Part shown: in pieces, positions 1-9,973 of the stretch | How the letters are laid out: every line of letters begins with the position of its first letter | Position numbering within the stretch: position 1 is the first letter of the stretch | Source: Acidobacteriota bacterium | GTDB lineage: Bacteria > Acidobacteriota > Thermoanaerobaculia > Gp7-AA8 | DNA length: 64,000 nt | Reading direction: 5' to 3' | NCBI GenBank assembly: GCA_019244185.1 | Contig: JAFATB010000022.1 | Location: 288,001 to 352,000 of the forward strand | Position numbers and translations under genes: made by a program | Notes under the pieces: model-generated | Told to the model about the DNA's origin: nothing | The model's database searches: none | Seen by the model: only the letters and a program-made list of their open reading frames with translations

Positions 1-38
1 TTCTGCATTCGGCCCACGCGGCGCGGAGGCAACACACC

Positions 39-1901
39 GTGAGCTTGCTGGGCCGTTTAGAAGATCTTTCCCTCACCGACATCGTTCAGATCGTCTATCT
101 CTCGCGCCGCACCGGCGTGCTCGAGATCATCGACAGCGTCGGGCGGCACACGGTGCTCTTTCGCTCCGGGCTCGTCGTGAACGCGGCCTCGCCGCAGCAT
201 CCCGATCTCGTGTCGTTTCTCGAGGCCGCGGAGCTGATCTCGCACGACAAGGGCGCCATGTTGCGGCAGATGGAGGAGCGCGGGATCTCCGCGGGCCTCG
301 CCGCGCTCGATCTCAACTTCCTCTCGAAGGACGATCTCGCGAACGCGATCCGGCAGCGCATCCTCAGCGTGGTCACGCCGCTGCTGCAGAGCAAGGAAGG
401 GGAGTTCAACTTCATCCTCAGCGATGCGATGAGCGCGCTCGACGTCGAATACGATCCCGATCAGCTCTTCAAGGAAGGCGGCTTCGCCCCGAACCGTCTC
501 CTCGGCGGCGCCGACGGCGAGAAGCTCAAGCCGCTGAAGGGTCTCGAGGAGTCGCTGAAGGTCGGCAAGGCGCTGCTGCGCGGCTCCGCTCCCGCCGAGG
601 CCACGCCCGCGTCGCTGAACCTCGGATTGGGACAGCCGCTCGGTCCCGTCGAAGTGCCCGCGCCGCCGCCCGAGCCCGCGACGCCCGCGAACGACAACGT
701 CGTGCGCTTTCCGACGCCGCGCGAGGAGTTCACGCCGATCGACGAGCTGCCGGAAGGCACCGGCGCCGGGCCGCTCGTGCCGCCCGACCACACGCCGGCG
801 CTCTCGTCGACGTCGATCGCCGCGTCGGGCGCGGGGAGCGGGCAGTTCAAAGTCGCGGGCGGACTCTTCGAGATCGAGTCGCCCGACGCCGCGTATCGCA
901 ACGTCGTGCTCTTCGAGCGCAACCCGCTCGTGCGCGTCGCCGCGCGGCGCGCGTTCACGAAGTGGGGCGTGAAGATCTTTCAGTACGGCTCGCTCGATGA
1001 CGTGCGCTCGTCGATGACGGACCTCTTCCGCTCGAACAGCTTCTTCGTCACGTTCCTCGAGCTCACCGACGACGACGCGTCCGTGCGTCTCATGCAGCAG
1101 GTGAAGCGGAAGAATCCGCGGCTGCCGGTCGTCCTCGTCGATTCCGTCGCCGATCTGCGCCGCCGCCATGCGCTGCTGCGCGCGGGCGCCGATCTCTATC
1201 TCACGAAGCCGTCACCCGCGCGCCTGCAGCCGGGACTCGTCGAGGAAGAGCTCGCGCTTTTCGCCGACGAGCTCGTGCTCTTCGCCGACCGCTCGTTCCA
1301 GCAATACGAACAGATGACCGGCGGCCTCGGTCCCGAGGCGGGCAAGAAGTTTTACGAGCAGGCGACGAAGGAGACCATCGATCGTTCGTTCGGATTGCTG
1401 CGGCAGCTCATCAACGAGCTCTCGAATCCGAACGACATCGGCGAGGTCTCCGCGACGATCCTCCGTCTTTCCGCGGAGTACCTCGATCGCGGCGCGCTCT
1501 TCATGACCAGCGACGACGCGTTCGTCGGCCTCGGCGGCTTCGGACGCGCGGGCGCGGGCGGCGGCGACGAGCTCGATGCGCGCGTGCGCAACCTGCGCGT
1601 GCCGCGCAACGAGCCGTCGATCCTCAGCGACGTCGTCGAGGCGGGCGCCGCGCATCACGGCAAGATGCGGCGCACGCCGGCGAACGTCGACCTCATCGAG
1701 AAGCTCGGCGGGCTGCTGCCGACGGAAGTCGTTGCACTTCCGATCCTGCACGCAAACCGCGCGATTGGTATTCTGTACGGAGACAACGCCGAGCATCGCG
1801 CTCCCATCGACAGTATGACCGGACTGGAGATCTTCCTTTCACAGGCCGGCTATGCGTTCGGGAACGCGGTGTTCGCGTCGGAACGGGCGGGGCGGCGCTG
1901 A
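39..1901 (+). CDS. DUF4388-type N-terminal domain + Pro-rich linker + atypical receiver + GAF-like domain protein
   Basis: N-terminus LLGRLEDLSLTDIVQIVYLSRRTGVL is typical of DUF4388. Receiver-like middle (LRAGADLYLTKP). C-terminal GAF-like region (VVALPILHANRAIGILYGDN). First gene of the che cluster. Confidence 0.7.
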   Translation: MSLLGRLEDLSLTDIVQIVYLSRRTGVLEIIDSVGRHTVLFRSGLVVNAASPQHPDLVSFLEAAELISHDKGAMLRQMEERGISAGLAALDLNFLSKDDLANAIRQRILSVVTPLLQSKEGEFNFILSDAMSALDVEYDPDQLFKEGGFAPNRLLGGADGEKLKPLKGLEESLKVGKALLRGSAPAEATPASLNLGLGQPLGPVEVPAPPPEPATPANDNVVRFPTPREEFTPIDELPEGTGAGPLVPPDHTPALSSTSIAASGAGSGQFKVAGGLFEIESPDAAYRNVVLFERNPLVRVAARRAFTKWGVKIFQYGSLDDVRSSMTDLFRSNSFFVTFLELTDDDASVRLMQQVKRKNPRLPVVLVDSVADLRRRHALLRAGADLYLTKPSPARLQPGLVEEELALFADELVLFADRSFQQYEQMTGGLGPEAGKKFYEQATKETIDRSFGLLRQLINELSNPNDIGEVSATILRLSAEYLDRGALFMTSDDAFVGLGGFGRAGAGGGDELDARVRNLRVPRNEPSILSDVVEAGAAHHGKMRRTPANVDLIEKLGGLLPTEVVALPILHANRAIGILYGDNAEHRAPIDSMTGLEIFLSQAGYAFGNAVFASERAGRR

Positions 1902-1905
1902 GGAT

Positions 1906-2283
1906 ATGAAGATTCTGGTTGTCGAAGACTCCTCGTCGATGCGGGCGTATCTGACGACCATCATCGAGAGCGGGACGGAAAGCTACGACCTCGAGATCGT
2001 CGAGGCGGCCAGCGGTTTCGAGGCGCTCAAGACGCTGCCGCATCACAAGTTCGACGCGATCCTCACCGACATCAACATGCCGGACATCAACGGCCTCGAG
2101 CTGGTGAGCTTCCTCAAGAACCACCCCGTCTACCGCTCGATCCCGATCATGGTGATCTCGACCGAGTCGACGGAAGAGGATCGGCGGCGCGCCGCGGCGC
2201 TCGGTGCCGAGGAGTACCTCGTCAAGCCGTTTCAGGCGGGCGACCTCGTCGAGAAGCTGCGGCGGCTGCTGCGGGTCGCGTAA
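1906..2283 (+). CDS. cheY: CheY-like single-domain response regulator
   Basis: ATG at 1906 after GAGGA. Motifs ILVVEDS, ILTDINMPDING, YLVKPF. Directly upstream of cheA. Confidence 0.85.
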   Translation: MKILVVEDSSSMRAYLTTIIESGTESYDLEIVEAASGFEALKTLPHHKFDAILTDINMPDINGLELVSFLKNHPVYRSIPIMVISTESTEEDRRRAAALGAEEYLVKPFQAGDLVEKLRRLLRVA

Positions 2284-2295
2284 CGGCACGGGCTC

Positions 2296-4338
2296 ATGGC
2301 CAGAGAAGACGACCGCGCACGGGACGAGTTCACCAGCGAAGCCGAAGAACTGCTCGACACGCTCTCGCGCGATCTCGTCGACTTCGAGTCGCAGGGACAG
2401 AACGTCCGTCCCGAGCTCGTCAACAAGATCTTCCGCGAGGTGCACTCGCTCAAAGGTCTGGCCGGGATGCTCGGCTTCACCGAGATCTCCGAGCTCTCGC
2501 ACAGCCTCGAGGACATGCTCGACCGGCTGCGGATGGGGAGGATCGCCATCACGCGCGACCTCATCGATCTGCTCTACGACTCGGTCGACTCGCTGAACCG
2601 TCTCGTCATCGCCATCAACGATCCGTCGCTCGGCGCGCTCGTCGACATGACGGGACTCACCAGCCGTATCCATCACATCATCACCAGCCAGCCGGCGCGC
2701 GTGCACGACGATCCGTTCGCGGAGCTCACGCTCGACGAGCAGACCAAGAAGTCGCTCACCGAATACGAGGAGCATCGCCTGCTCGAGAACGTGCGCGCGG
2801 CGAAGCACATCCTCGTTCTCGAGGTGACGTTCGACTTTTCCGATTTCGACGAGCGGCTGCGCGCGCTGACGGCGAGCCTCAGCGAGTCGGGCGAGGTGAT
2901 CTCGACTCTTCCCGCGATTCCGACCGGCAACGTGAACGGCATCGCCTTCCGCCTGCTGTACGGCTCGACGCTCGACGCGGCGGCCGTGCAGGTGCTCGCG
3001 CCGGACGCGGCGGTGACGTCGCTGCGGAAGAGCGAGCCGGGCGCCGCGGCGCCGGCAGCGCTTCCTGCTCCAACGGAGATCGTGGAAGAAGAGATGTCGC
3101 TGCGATCGCTGTCGCAGACCGTGCGCGTCGACATCGCGAAGCTCGATCACGTGATGAACATCGTGGGCGAGCTGATCATCCAGAAGACGCAGCTCGAGGC
3201 GCTCACGCGCGCCAGTGCCGATCGAACGTCGGTCCAGCAGGGGCGCATGACCTCGCACGAGCTGGGGAAGGTCGCGCGCAATCTCGACCGCAAGCTCAAC
3301 GAGCTGCAGAAGTCCGTCATCGAGATCCGCATGGTGCCGGTCGGGCAGATCTACTCGAAGCTCTCGCGGACCGTGCGCAAGGTCGCGCGCGAGCTCGGCA
3401 AGGAGATCGAGCTCGTGCTGCGCGGCGAGGACACGGAGCTCGACAAGATGATGGTCGAGGAGCTGACCGATCCGCTGATGCACATCATCCGCAACGCGCT
3501 CGATCACGGCATCGAGCCGCCGGACGAGCGGCGCCGCGCGGGCAAGAGTCCGGTCGGGCGCGTCACGCTGAACGCGTATCAGCAGGGCAACTCCGTCGTC
3601 CTCGACGTCACCGACGACGGCCGCGGCATCAACCCCGAGAACGTGAAGCGCGTGGCCGTGCAGCGCGGCCTAATCGGTGAAAAGGACATCGTCGATCAGC
3701 AGCGCGCGTACGAGCTCCTCTTCACGCCCGGCTTCTCGACCGCGGCCACGGTGAGCGAGATCTCCGGGCGCGGCGTCGGGCTCGACGTCGTGAAGAAGAA
3801 CCTGCAGGAGCTCAAAGGCACGATCGACGTCATCTCGCGCGTCGGCGAAGGGACGACGTTCCGCATCTCGCTGCCGATCACGCTGGCGATCATCCAGGCG
3901 CTGATCGTCGAGGCGGGCGGCGAGAAGTTCGCCATTCCGCTGACCAGCGTCGAGGAGTCGCTGCGCATCTACTCGCGCGACATCCGCACCGTCGAGCGTC
4001 GCGAGGTCTTCACGCTGCGCGACTTCACGCTGCCGCTGCTCCGGCTCGCCGACGCGTTCGATCTCGACGACGACCACGATCACGGCCCCGACACGAAGTG
4101 GTTCGTCGTCGTCACGCGCGCGGGCGAGAAGACGGTCGGCATTCTCGTGAACGCGCTCGTGCGCCAGCAGGAAGTGGTCATCAAGTCGATCGGCGAGCGC
4201 CTCAAGACCGTGCCCGGCGTCGCCGGCGCGACCGAGATCGGCGAGAGCGAGATCATCCTCGTCGTCGACGTCGGCTCGCTCATCGATCACTTCGGCGGGC
4301 GCGCGCGAGAGACGAGAGCGCGGGCGGCGCATGTTTGA
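2296..4338 (+). CDS. cheA: Chemotaxis histidine kinase CheA
   Basis: Hpt IFREVHSLKG; HIIRNALDHGIE; DDGRG; GFST..SGRGVGLDVV; C-terminal CheW-like domain. Confidence 0.95.
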   Translation: MAREDDRARDEFTSEAEELLDTLSRDLVDFESQGQNVRPELVNKIFREVHSLKGLAGMLGFTEISELSHSLEDMLDRLRMGRIAITRDLIDLLYDSVDSLNRLVIAINDPSLGALVDMTGLTSRIHHIITSQPARVHDDPFAELTLDEQTKKSLTEYEEHRLLENVRAAKHILVLEVTFDFSDFDERLRALTASLSESGEVISTLPAIPTGNVNGIAFRLLYGSTLDAAAVQVLAPDAAVTSLRKSEPGAAAPAALPAPTEIVEEEMSLRSLSQTVRVDIAKLDHVMNIVGELIIQKTQLEALTRASADRTSVQQGRMTSHELGKVARNLDRKLNELQKSVIEIRMVPVGQIYSKLSRTVRKVARELGKEIELVLRGEDTELDKMMVEELTDPLMHIIRNALDHGIEPPDERRRAGKSPVGRVTLNAYQQGNSVVLDVTDDGRGINPENVKRVAVQRGLIGEKDIVDQQRAYELLFTPGFSTAATVSEISGRGVGLDVVKKNLQELKGTIDVISRVGEGTTFRISLPITLAIIQALIVEAGGEKFAIPLTSVEESLRIYSRDIRTVERREVFTLRDFTLPLLRLADAFDLDDDHDHGPDTKWFVVVTRAGEKTVGILVNALVRQQEVVIKSIGERLKTVPGVAGATEIGESEIILVVDVGSLIDHFGGRARETRARAAHV

Positions 4339-5161
4339 AGACTTCTTCGGCCTCGACGCGAAGCCGTTCGGCAAGACGCCCGATCCGTCGTTTCTCTACG
4401 AGTCGAGACAACACCGCGAGGCGCTGGCGCGGCTCGAGTACGCCGTGGAGGAGAAGGAGCTCGCGCTGCTCACGGGCGACATCGGCTCGGGGAAGACGAC
4501 GCTCTCGCGCGCGCTGATCGACCGCATCGGCGACGCGCGGCCGGTTGTTCTTCTGATCAATCCGCGCCTCACGCCGACGCAGCTTCTGCGCGCGGTCGCG
4601 CGCGGACTCGAGCTCGAGCCGGCGCGCTTCCGCCACGAGCTGCTCGATCAGCTGCACACGAAGCTCTACGAGCTGTACGAGGCGAGGCGTGAGCCGGTGC
4701 TGATGATCGACGAGGCGCAGCTGATTCCGAGCAAGGCCACCTTCGACGAGATCCGGCTGCTGACGAACTTCCAGCTCGACGATCAGAACCTGCTCTCGGT
4801 CGTGCTCATCGGGCAGCCCGAGCTCGAGGAGCGGCTCGAGCGGCATGCGTACGCGCCGCTTCGGCAGCGCATCGGGATGCGCTACTCTCTCGGTCCGCTT
4901 TCCGTCGAGGAGACGATTCGCTACATCGAGCATCGCATCCGCGTCGCCGGCGGGCAGCGCAATCCGTTCAGCACCGACGCCATGGAAACCATCCACGCTC
5001 TCAGCGGCGGCATCCCGCGCCTCATCAACACGCTCGCGACCACCGCGCTCCTCGACGCGTTCGGCGAAGACGCCGAGACCATCGAGCCGCCGCGCGTCCA
5101 CTCCGCCGCGGCCGAGCACCGCATTGCATCCGAATCAGGAGCGGAGGCGGCGCATGGTTGA
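4331..5161 (+). CDS. ExeA/GspA-like AAA ATPase
   Basis: FFGLDAKPFGKTPDP N-terminus; Walker A GDIGSGKT; Walker B MIDEAQ; LIGQPEL; SGGIPRLIN. Confidence 0.9.
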   Translation: MFEDFFGLDAKPFGKTPDPSFLYESRQHREALARLEYAVEEKELALLTGDIGSGKTTLSRALIDRIGDARPVVLLINPRLTPTQLLRAVARGLELEPARFRHELLDQLHTKLYELYEARREPVLMIDEAQLIPSKATFDEIRLLTNFQLDDQNLLSVVLIGQPELEERLERHAYAPLRQRIGMRYSLGPLSVEETIRYIEHRIRVAGGQRNPFSTDAMETIHALSGGIPRLINTLATTALLDAFGEDAETIEPPRVHSAAAEHRIASESGAEAAHG

Positions 5162-5873
5162 TCTGGTGAAGATTCGGAAGAAGAAGGCAGAAGGCAGAAG
5201 GCAGAAGGCAGAAGAAGAAACCGCGAACGCGCCCGCGTCTGCCGAGGCGCCGGCGTCTGCCGTCGCGACGCCGAGCGAGGTTGTCATACCTGAGCCACCG
5301 GCGCCCGCCGTCGCCGGCGACGCATCGCCCGCCGCCGCGTCGAAGCTCGAGCAGTTCAAACGCGACGCGGGCAAACGGCGCGAGACCGAAGCCGCGCGCG
5401 CGGAAGACGTCTCCTCCGCGACCGCGGCGCTGCTGGAGCTGCTCACGTTCGTCATCGCGCGCGAGCAGTACGCGGTCGACATCGAGCGCATCGTCGAGAT
5501 CGTCACGCCGCGTCCGGTGACGCGCATCCCGAACGCCGATCCGTCGATCGTCGGCATCCTCTCGCTGCGCGGCACGATCGTCACGCTCGTCGACGTGCGC
5601 CGGAAGCTCCGCCATCCAGCGGCGGGCGAGGCGACGCCCGACACGCGCATCGTCGTCGCGGACTTCGGCAGCGAGATGGTCGGCTTCGTCGTCGACCGCG
5701 TTCTGCGCGTCGTGAAAGCGGCCGCGAGCGAGGTCGAGCCGCATCCGGTCGTGCACGCGACGGAGCTCGACTCCTCGATCCGCGGTGTCTTCCGCGCGGG
5801 CGGCGCGTTGACGATCCTGCTCGATTTGGACAAGCTACTCGACAGCAGGGCGCTCGCGGCGAGCACGGCGTGA
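5154..5873 (+). CDS. cheW: CheW coupling protein with low-complexity N-terminal extension
   Basis: ATG at 5154 overlaps the previous stop. Motifs YAVDIERIVEI, TRIPNA..GILSLRGTIVTLVD, GFVVDRV. Confidence 0.88.
   Translation: MVDLVKIRKKKAEGRRQKAEEETANAPASAEAPASAVATPSEVVIPEPPAPAVAGDASPAAASKLEQFKRDAGKRRETEAARAEDVSSATAALLELLTFVIAREQYAVDIERIVEIVTPRPVTRIPNADPSIVGILSLRGTIVTLVDVRRKLRHPAAGEATPDTRIVVADFGSEMVGFVVDRVLRVVKAAASEVEPHPVVHATELDSSIRGVFRAGGALTILLDLDKLLDSRALAASTA
5182..5214 (+). repeat. Heptamer tandem repeat (AGAAGGC)x4 + AGAAG inside the cheW 5' end
   Basis: Read directly: agaaggc agaaggc agaaggc agaaggc agaag. Confidence 0.9.
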
Positions 5874-5898
5874 CCGATCCCTCCCGGAAAATCAACCA

Positions 5899-6762
5899 AT
5901 GGACCTGACTTGCAGGAAATGCGGCTCGAGCTTTCGCGCCGCGATCTCGACGCCGCTCCTCATGCCCGTGCGCGTGGCTTGTCCCAAGTGCGCCTATCAG
6001 ATGGTGCTCAAACCGCGCACCGCGAGCGGCATGCATCCCGTCCCCGAGGACGAGCCGCAACCGCAGCAGCAACCGGCGCCCGTGCGCATCCCACGCCGCC
6101 GCCTGGCCGCGATCGCCGATGAGCCACGCGCCTTCCGCTCGTTCCTCGGCGATCAGCTGCGCCGCCTCGGCTTCGAAGTGGAGTTCTTCGAGACCGGCGA
6201 CCCGACGCTCGAGTTCGTCCGCCGCACCCGCGCCGAGCTCGTGATCGTCAACGTCTACCTCAAGGGCAAGCTCGGCGTGGAAGTGACCGAGGAGATCAAG
6301 GCGGACCCGGCGCTCGACGCGACACGCGTCATCCTCATCGGCGCGCTGTTCCGCGCGAACCGCTTCCGCGCGAATCCGACGAACCTCTACGGCGCGGACG
6401 AGTACATCGAAGAGCAGATCCCGGAGAAAGAGTTCCGGCAGATCATCCGCAAGCTGTTCCCCGAGGTGGGGGACACGGCGGAGATTCCGATCGAGCCGCG
6501 CGAGTACGACGAGGCGCGGAGGCTCGCGCGCCTGATCCTCTCGGACATCATCATCTATCACGCCGCGAAGGTGGAGCAGGGCATCCGCGACGACAACTTC
6601 TTCGAGGTGTTGCGCGCGGAGATCGACGAGGGACGCCAGTACTACGAGTCGCGCGTGCCGCACCGCGTCCGCCGCGACAGCGAGATCTTCACCGAGACGC
6701 TCCAGCAGTTCGTGCAGATGAAACGCGAAGAGCTGGCGCGCTTGAGGACGGGAACGCAATGA
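5899..6762 (+). CDS. Zinc-ribbon + pseudo-receiver protein with helical C-terminal domain
   Basis: CRKC...CPKC N-terminus. Receiver-like region (IADEP..LVIVNVYL, Asn at the phospho-Asp position). C-terminal ARRLARLILSDIIIYH. Confidence 0.7.
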   Translation: MDLTCRKCGSSFRAAISTPLLMPVRVACPKCAYQMVLKPRTASGMHPVPEDEPQPQQQPAPVRIPRRRLAAIADEPRAFRSFLGDQLRRLGFEVEFFETGDPTLEFVRRTRAELVIVNVYLKGKLGVEVTEEIKADPALDATRVILIGALFRANRFRANPTNLYGADEYIEEQIPEKEFRQIIRKLFPEVGDTAEIPIEPREYDEARRLARLILSDIIIYHAAKVEQGIRDDNFFEVLRAEIDEGRQYYESRVPHRVRRDSEIFTETLQQFVQMKREELARLRTGTQ

Positions 6763-8990
6763 CCACCGCCGATCCGCAGATCATCGAACAGGCCCGCTCC
6801 GCCGATCCGGACGCGCGGCAGAAGGCCGCGTTCCTCGTCGCGCACTCCGCCGACGAGCGCGATCTGCCGCTGATGTTCGAGCTCCTCGGCGACAAGGACT
6901 GGCGCGTGCGCAAGACCATCGTCGACGGCTTCGTGCGCGACGCGCGTCCGGAGATCGTCGACGGACTGCTCGACGCGCTGGCCGACGCCGAGAACGCGGG
7001 CAAGCGCAATTCGGCGACCGAGGCGCTGATTCGCATCGGAGACCGCGCCATTCCGCCGATCGTCGAGCGGCTGCGCCACGAAGAAGACATCGACGTCCGC
7101 CTCTCGCTCGTGAATCTCATCGGCGATCTGCGCAGCCGCGACGGCTTCGACGTGCTCGTCGAGCTGCTCGACCGCGAGCACGACGTCAACGTGGCGTCGT
7201 CGATCGTCTCGTCGCTCGGCAAGTTCCGCGACGCGGCCGCGCTGCCGCATCTCACGCGCGTGCTCGCGCAACGCGACGATCTCTGGCTGAAGTTTCACGT
7301 CATCGAAGCGCTCGGCGAGATCGGCGACCGCACCGCGCTGCCGCTCGTCCTTCCGCTGTACGCCGAGAAGTCGCTGCGCAAGCCGGTGCTCGAAGCGGTC
7401 GGAAAGATCGCCGACGTCGGCACCGTGAACTTCCTCCTGCGCATCATCGCCGGCGAAGAGAAGCTGAATCTCACCGCGCTGCGCGCGCTGGTCCGTGTAG
7501 CTGAGGCGAGCAAGCCGCGCATCGTCGAACAGACCGAGCGGCAGCTGATCCAGAACCGCTTCCGCGAGTCGTTCCCGCGCGAGAAGATCGTGCCGCTGCT
7601 CGAACATCTGCAGACCACGCCGAAGCGTGAGGTGAAGCTCTTCATCCTCAAGTTCCTCGGCTGGTCCGGCGACGAGCGCGCGGTGCCGGTGCTGCTCGGG
7701 CAGCTCGAGAATCCCGACACCGCGGAAGTGGCCGCGCAGGCGCTCATCGACTTCGGCCCCGCCGCGATTCCGCGCATCCTCGAGGCGCTGCAGAACACGG
7801 ACGAGGACGAGTGCATCGCTCTGCTGCTGCGCGTCGTGAACATGATCGGCGGACGCGAGACGATTCCGTCGATCCTGCAGTTCCTCGATCACGACAACCC
7901 GATGATCCGCCGGCTCGCGCTGGAGACGCTCGGCGAGATTCCCGATCCGGCGTCGATCGACTACCTGCTCGCGAAGCTCGACGATCCCGACGTCGCGTCG
8001 CAGCAGGCCGCGGTCAACTCGATCTCCGCGCTCGTGGCGGCGTTCCCCGAGGCCAAGCAGGATGTGCTCGCGAAAATCAAACGCCTGCTGCAGTCGCATT
8101 CGATTCCGATCAAGCTCAACTCGCTCTCGGTGTACGTGAACATCCAGGGCGAGGGGTATCACGACGAGCTGCTGCTCGCGTCGAAAGACAGCGATCCCGC
8201 GATCCGGCAGAAAGCCGTGTCGCTGATGGGCAAGTTCGGCGAGGAGCGTTTCGCCGATCAGCTCGTGCTCTCGCTCGCCGATGAGGCGACGCCGGTGCGG
8301 CTCGCGGCGATCAACGCGATCGTGCGGCTGCGCCCGGAAACCGGACTCGAGCCGCTCATCAGCTCGCTCGATGATCACGACATCTGGATCCGCACCGCGG
8401 CGGCGCAGGCGCTCGGCGAGTATCGCCAGCCCGCGTCGATCGAGCCGCTGATGCGCCATCTCACGCACGATCCCGCGCCGGTGCGCATCGCCGTCATCGA
8501 GGCGCTCGGCAAATCCGAGGACCCGAACGTGAAGGACGTGCTCTGCGGCTGTCTCGGCGAAGCCGATCCCGAGATCCAGCGCGCGGCGATGCTCGCGCTC
8601 GCGCGCATTCCGGGCGAGGACGTGTTCGAGCGGCTGCTGAAAGCGCTCGCGCACGACGACTGGCGAATGCGCGCGGCGGCGGCGACGGCGCTCGGCATGC
8701 GCGGCGATCGCGCGGCGCTGCCGGTTTTGCATCGCGCGCTGGAAGACCCGGACACGTACGTGCAGCAGTCGGCGGTGCTCGCGCTCGACAAGGTCGCCGA
8801 CCGCTCATCGTTCCCCGTGCTTTTCAAAGCGCTCGAGAACACCGCGATTCTCGACGACGTGTCGGACGTGCTCGTCCGCCACAAGGATTTGTATCGCGAC
8901 CTCCTCGAGGAGGCGTGGCGCACCGCGGACAGCAGAAGAGAGGTAGTGATTGCCGCGATTCTGGCGGCGATGAAACGCAGCAGCGACTGA
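6759..8990 (+). CDS. HEAT/PBS-lyase repeat protein
   Basis: Many repeats of the type D.DWRVR..A..ALG.IGD..A.P.L across 743 aa. Confidence 0.9.
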   Translation: MTTADPQIIEQARSADPDARQKAAFLVAHSADERDLPLMFELLGDKDWRVRKTIVDGFVRDARPEIVDGLLDALADAENAGKRNSATEALIRIGDRAIPPIVERLRHEEDIDVRLSLVNLIGDLRSRDGFDVLVELLDREHDVNVASSIVSSLGKFRDAAALPHLTRVLAQRDDLWLKFHVIEALGEIGDRTALPLVLPLYAEKSLRKPVLEAVGKIADVGTVNFLLRIIAGEEKLNLTALRALVRVAEASKPRIVEQTERQLIQNRFRESFPREKIVPLLEHLQTTPKREVKLFILKFLGWSGDERAVPVLLGQLENPDTAEVAAQALIDFGPAAIPRILEALQNTDEDECIALLLRVVNMIGGRETIPSILQFLDHDNPMIRRLALETLGEIPDPASIDYLLAKLDDPDVASQQAAVNSISALVAAFPEAKQDVLAKIKRLLQSHSIPIKLNSLSVYVNIQGEGYHDELLLASKDSDPAIRQKAVSLMGKFGEERFADQLVLSLADEATPVRLAAINAIVRLRPETGLEPLISSLDDHDIWIRTAAAQALGEYRQPASIEPLMRHLTHDPAPVRIAVIEALGKSEDPNVKDVLCGCLGEADPEIQRAAMLALARIPGEDVFERLLKALAHDDWRMRAAAATALGMRGDRAALPVLHRALEDPDTYVQQSAVLALDKVADRSSFPVLFKALENTAILDDVSDVLVRHKDLYRDLLEEAWRTADSRREVVIAAILAAMKRSSD

Positions 8991-8994
8991 CTCG

Positions 8995-9846
8995 ATGTCG
9001 ACGTTCAATTTCTCGCTGAACCACCACATGGAGCTGCCGGACGACGTCTTCCGGCTGCTGCGGGAGCAGATCTACAAACGCTCCGGCATGTGGTTCAGCG
9101 ACTCGTCGAAGTATCTGCTTCAGAAACGACTCTCGCCGCGTGCGCGCGAGCTGAACTTCGACTCGTTCCAGAAGTACTTCTACTTCCTCCAGTACGACCC
9201 GCGCGCCGACGCGGAGTTCGACCAGATCTTCGATCTCGTCACGACGAACGAGACGTACTTTTTCCGCGAGCCCGCGCAGCTGCAGGCCTTCATCGAAGAG
9301 GTCATTCCCGACATCCTCTCGCGCAAGACCGTGAAGAAGGTGCGCATCTGGTCGGCGGGATGTTCGTCGGGTGAAGAGCCGTACTCGCTGGCGATGCTGC
9401 TGCAGGAAGCGGGCTGGTACGACCACGCCACGTTCGAGATTTTCGCGAGCGACATCAACCAGCAGGTGCTCTCGAAAGCGCGCAAGGGTCAGTACCGCGA
9501 GAACGCCTTCCGCGCCACGACGCCCGCGCTGCGCGACAAGTACTTCACGCGCGAAGCCGACGGCTCGTGGAAGGTGAGCGACGAGGTGCGCAACCGCGTC
9601 TCCTTCGGCCGCCTCAACCTCTACGACGAAGCGCGCGTCTCGCTCCTCGGCCACCTCGACGTCGTTTTCTGCCGCAACGTGATCATCTACTTCGACGACG
9701 CCTCGAAGAAGATCGTGGTGACGAACTTCTACAACCGCCTCGTCGAGAGCGGCTACCTGCTGCTCGGTCACAGCGAGTCGCTGATCTCGCTCTCGACGCA
9801 GTTCAAGCTGCGGCATCTGAAGCACGACATGGTGTATCAGAAGTGA
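8995..9846 (+). CDS. cheR: Chemotaxis methyltransferase CheR
   Basis: TTNETYFFRE; IWSAGCSSGEEPYSLA; FCRNVIIYFD; LLGHSES. Confidence 0.95.
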   Translation: MSTFNFSLNHHMELPDDVFRLLREQIYKRSGMWFSDSSKYLLQKRLSPRARELNFDSFQKYFYFLQYDPRADAEFDQIFDLVTTNETYFFREPAQLQAFIEEVIPDILSRKTVKKVRIWSAGCSSGEEPYSLAMLLQEAGWYDHATFEIFASDINQQVLSKARKGQYRENAFRATTPALRDKYFTREADGSWKVSDEVRNRVSFGRLNLYDEARVSLLGHLDVVFCRNVIIYFDDASKKIVVTNFYNRLVESGYLLLGHSESLISLSTQFKLRHLKHDMVYQK

Positions 9847-9973
9847 AAGCTGAATGAAGAACGCAGAACGCAGAATGAAGAATTGAGAAAAAGAGCACGT
9901 GCGCGCGCGAAAGCGCGCGCCACCACAGTTCTTCATTCTGCGTTCTGCGTTCTGAATTCTTCATTCAGCTTTT
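9846..9973. repeat. Palindromic heptamer-repeat element, copy 1
   Basis: Left arm GAATGAA GAACGCA GAACGCA GAATGAA GAATT. Central GCGCGCGC-GAAA-GCGCGCGC hairpin (9901-9920). Right arm is the reverse complement with one extra heptamer. Lies between convergent genes. Confidence 0.9.
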
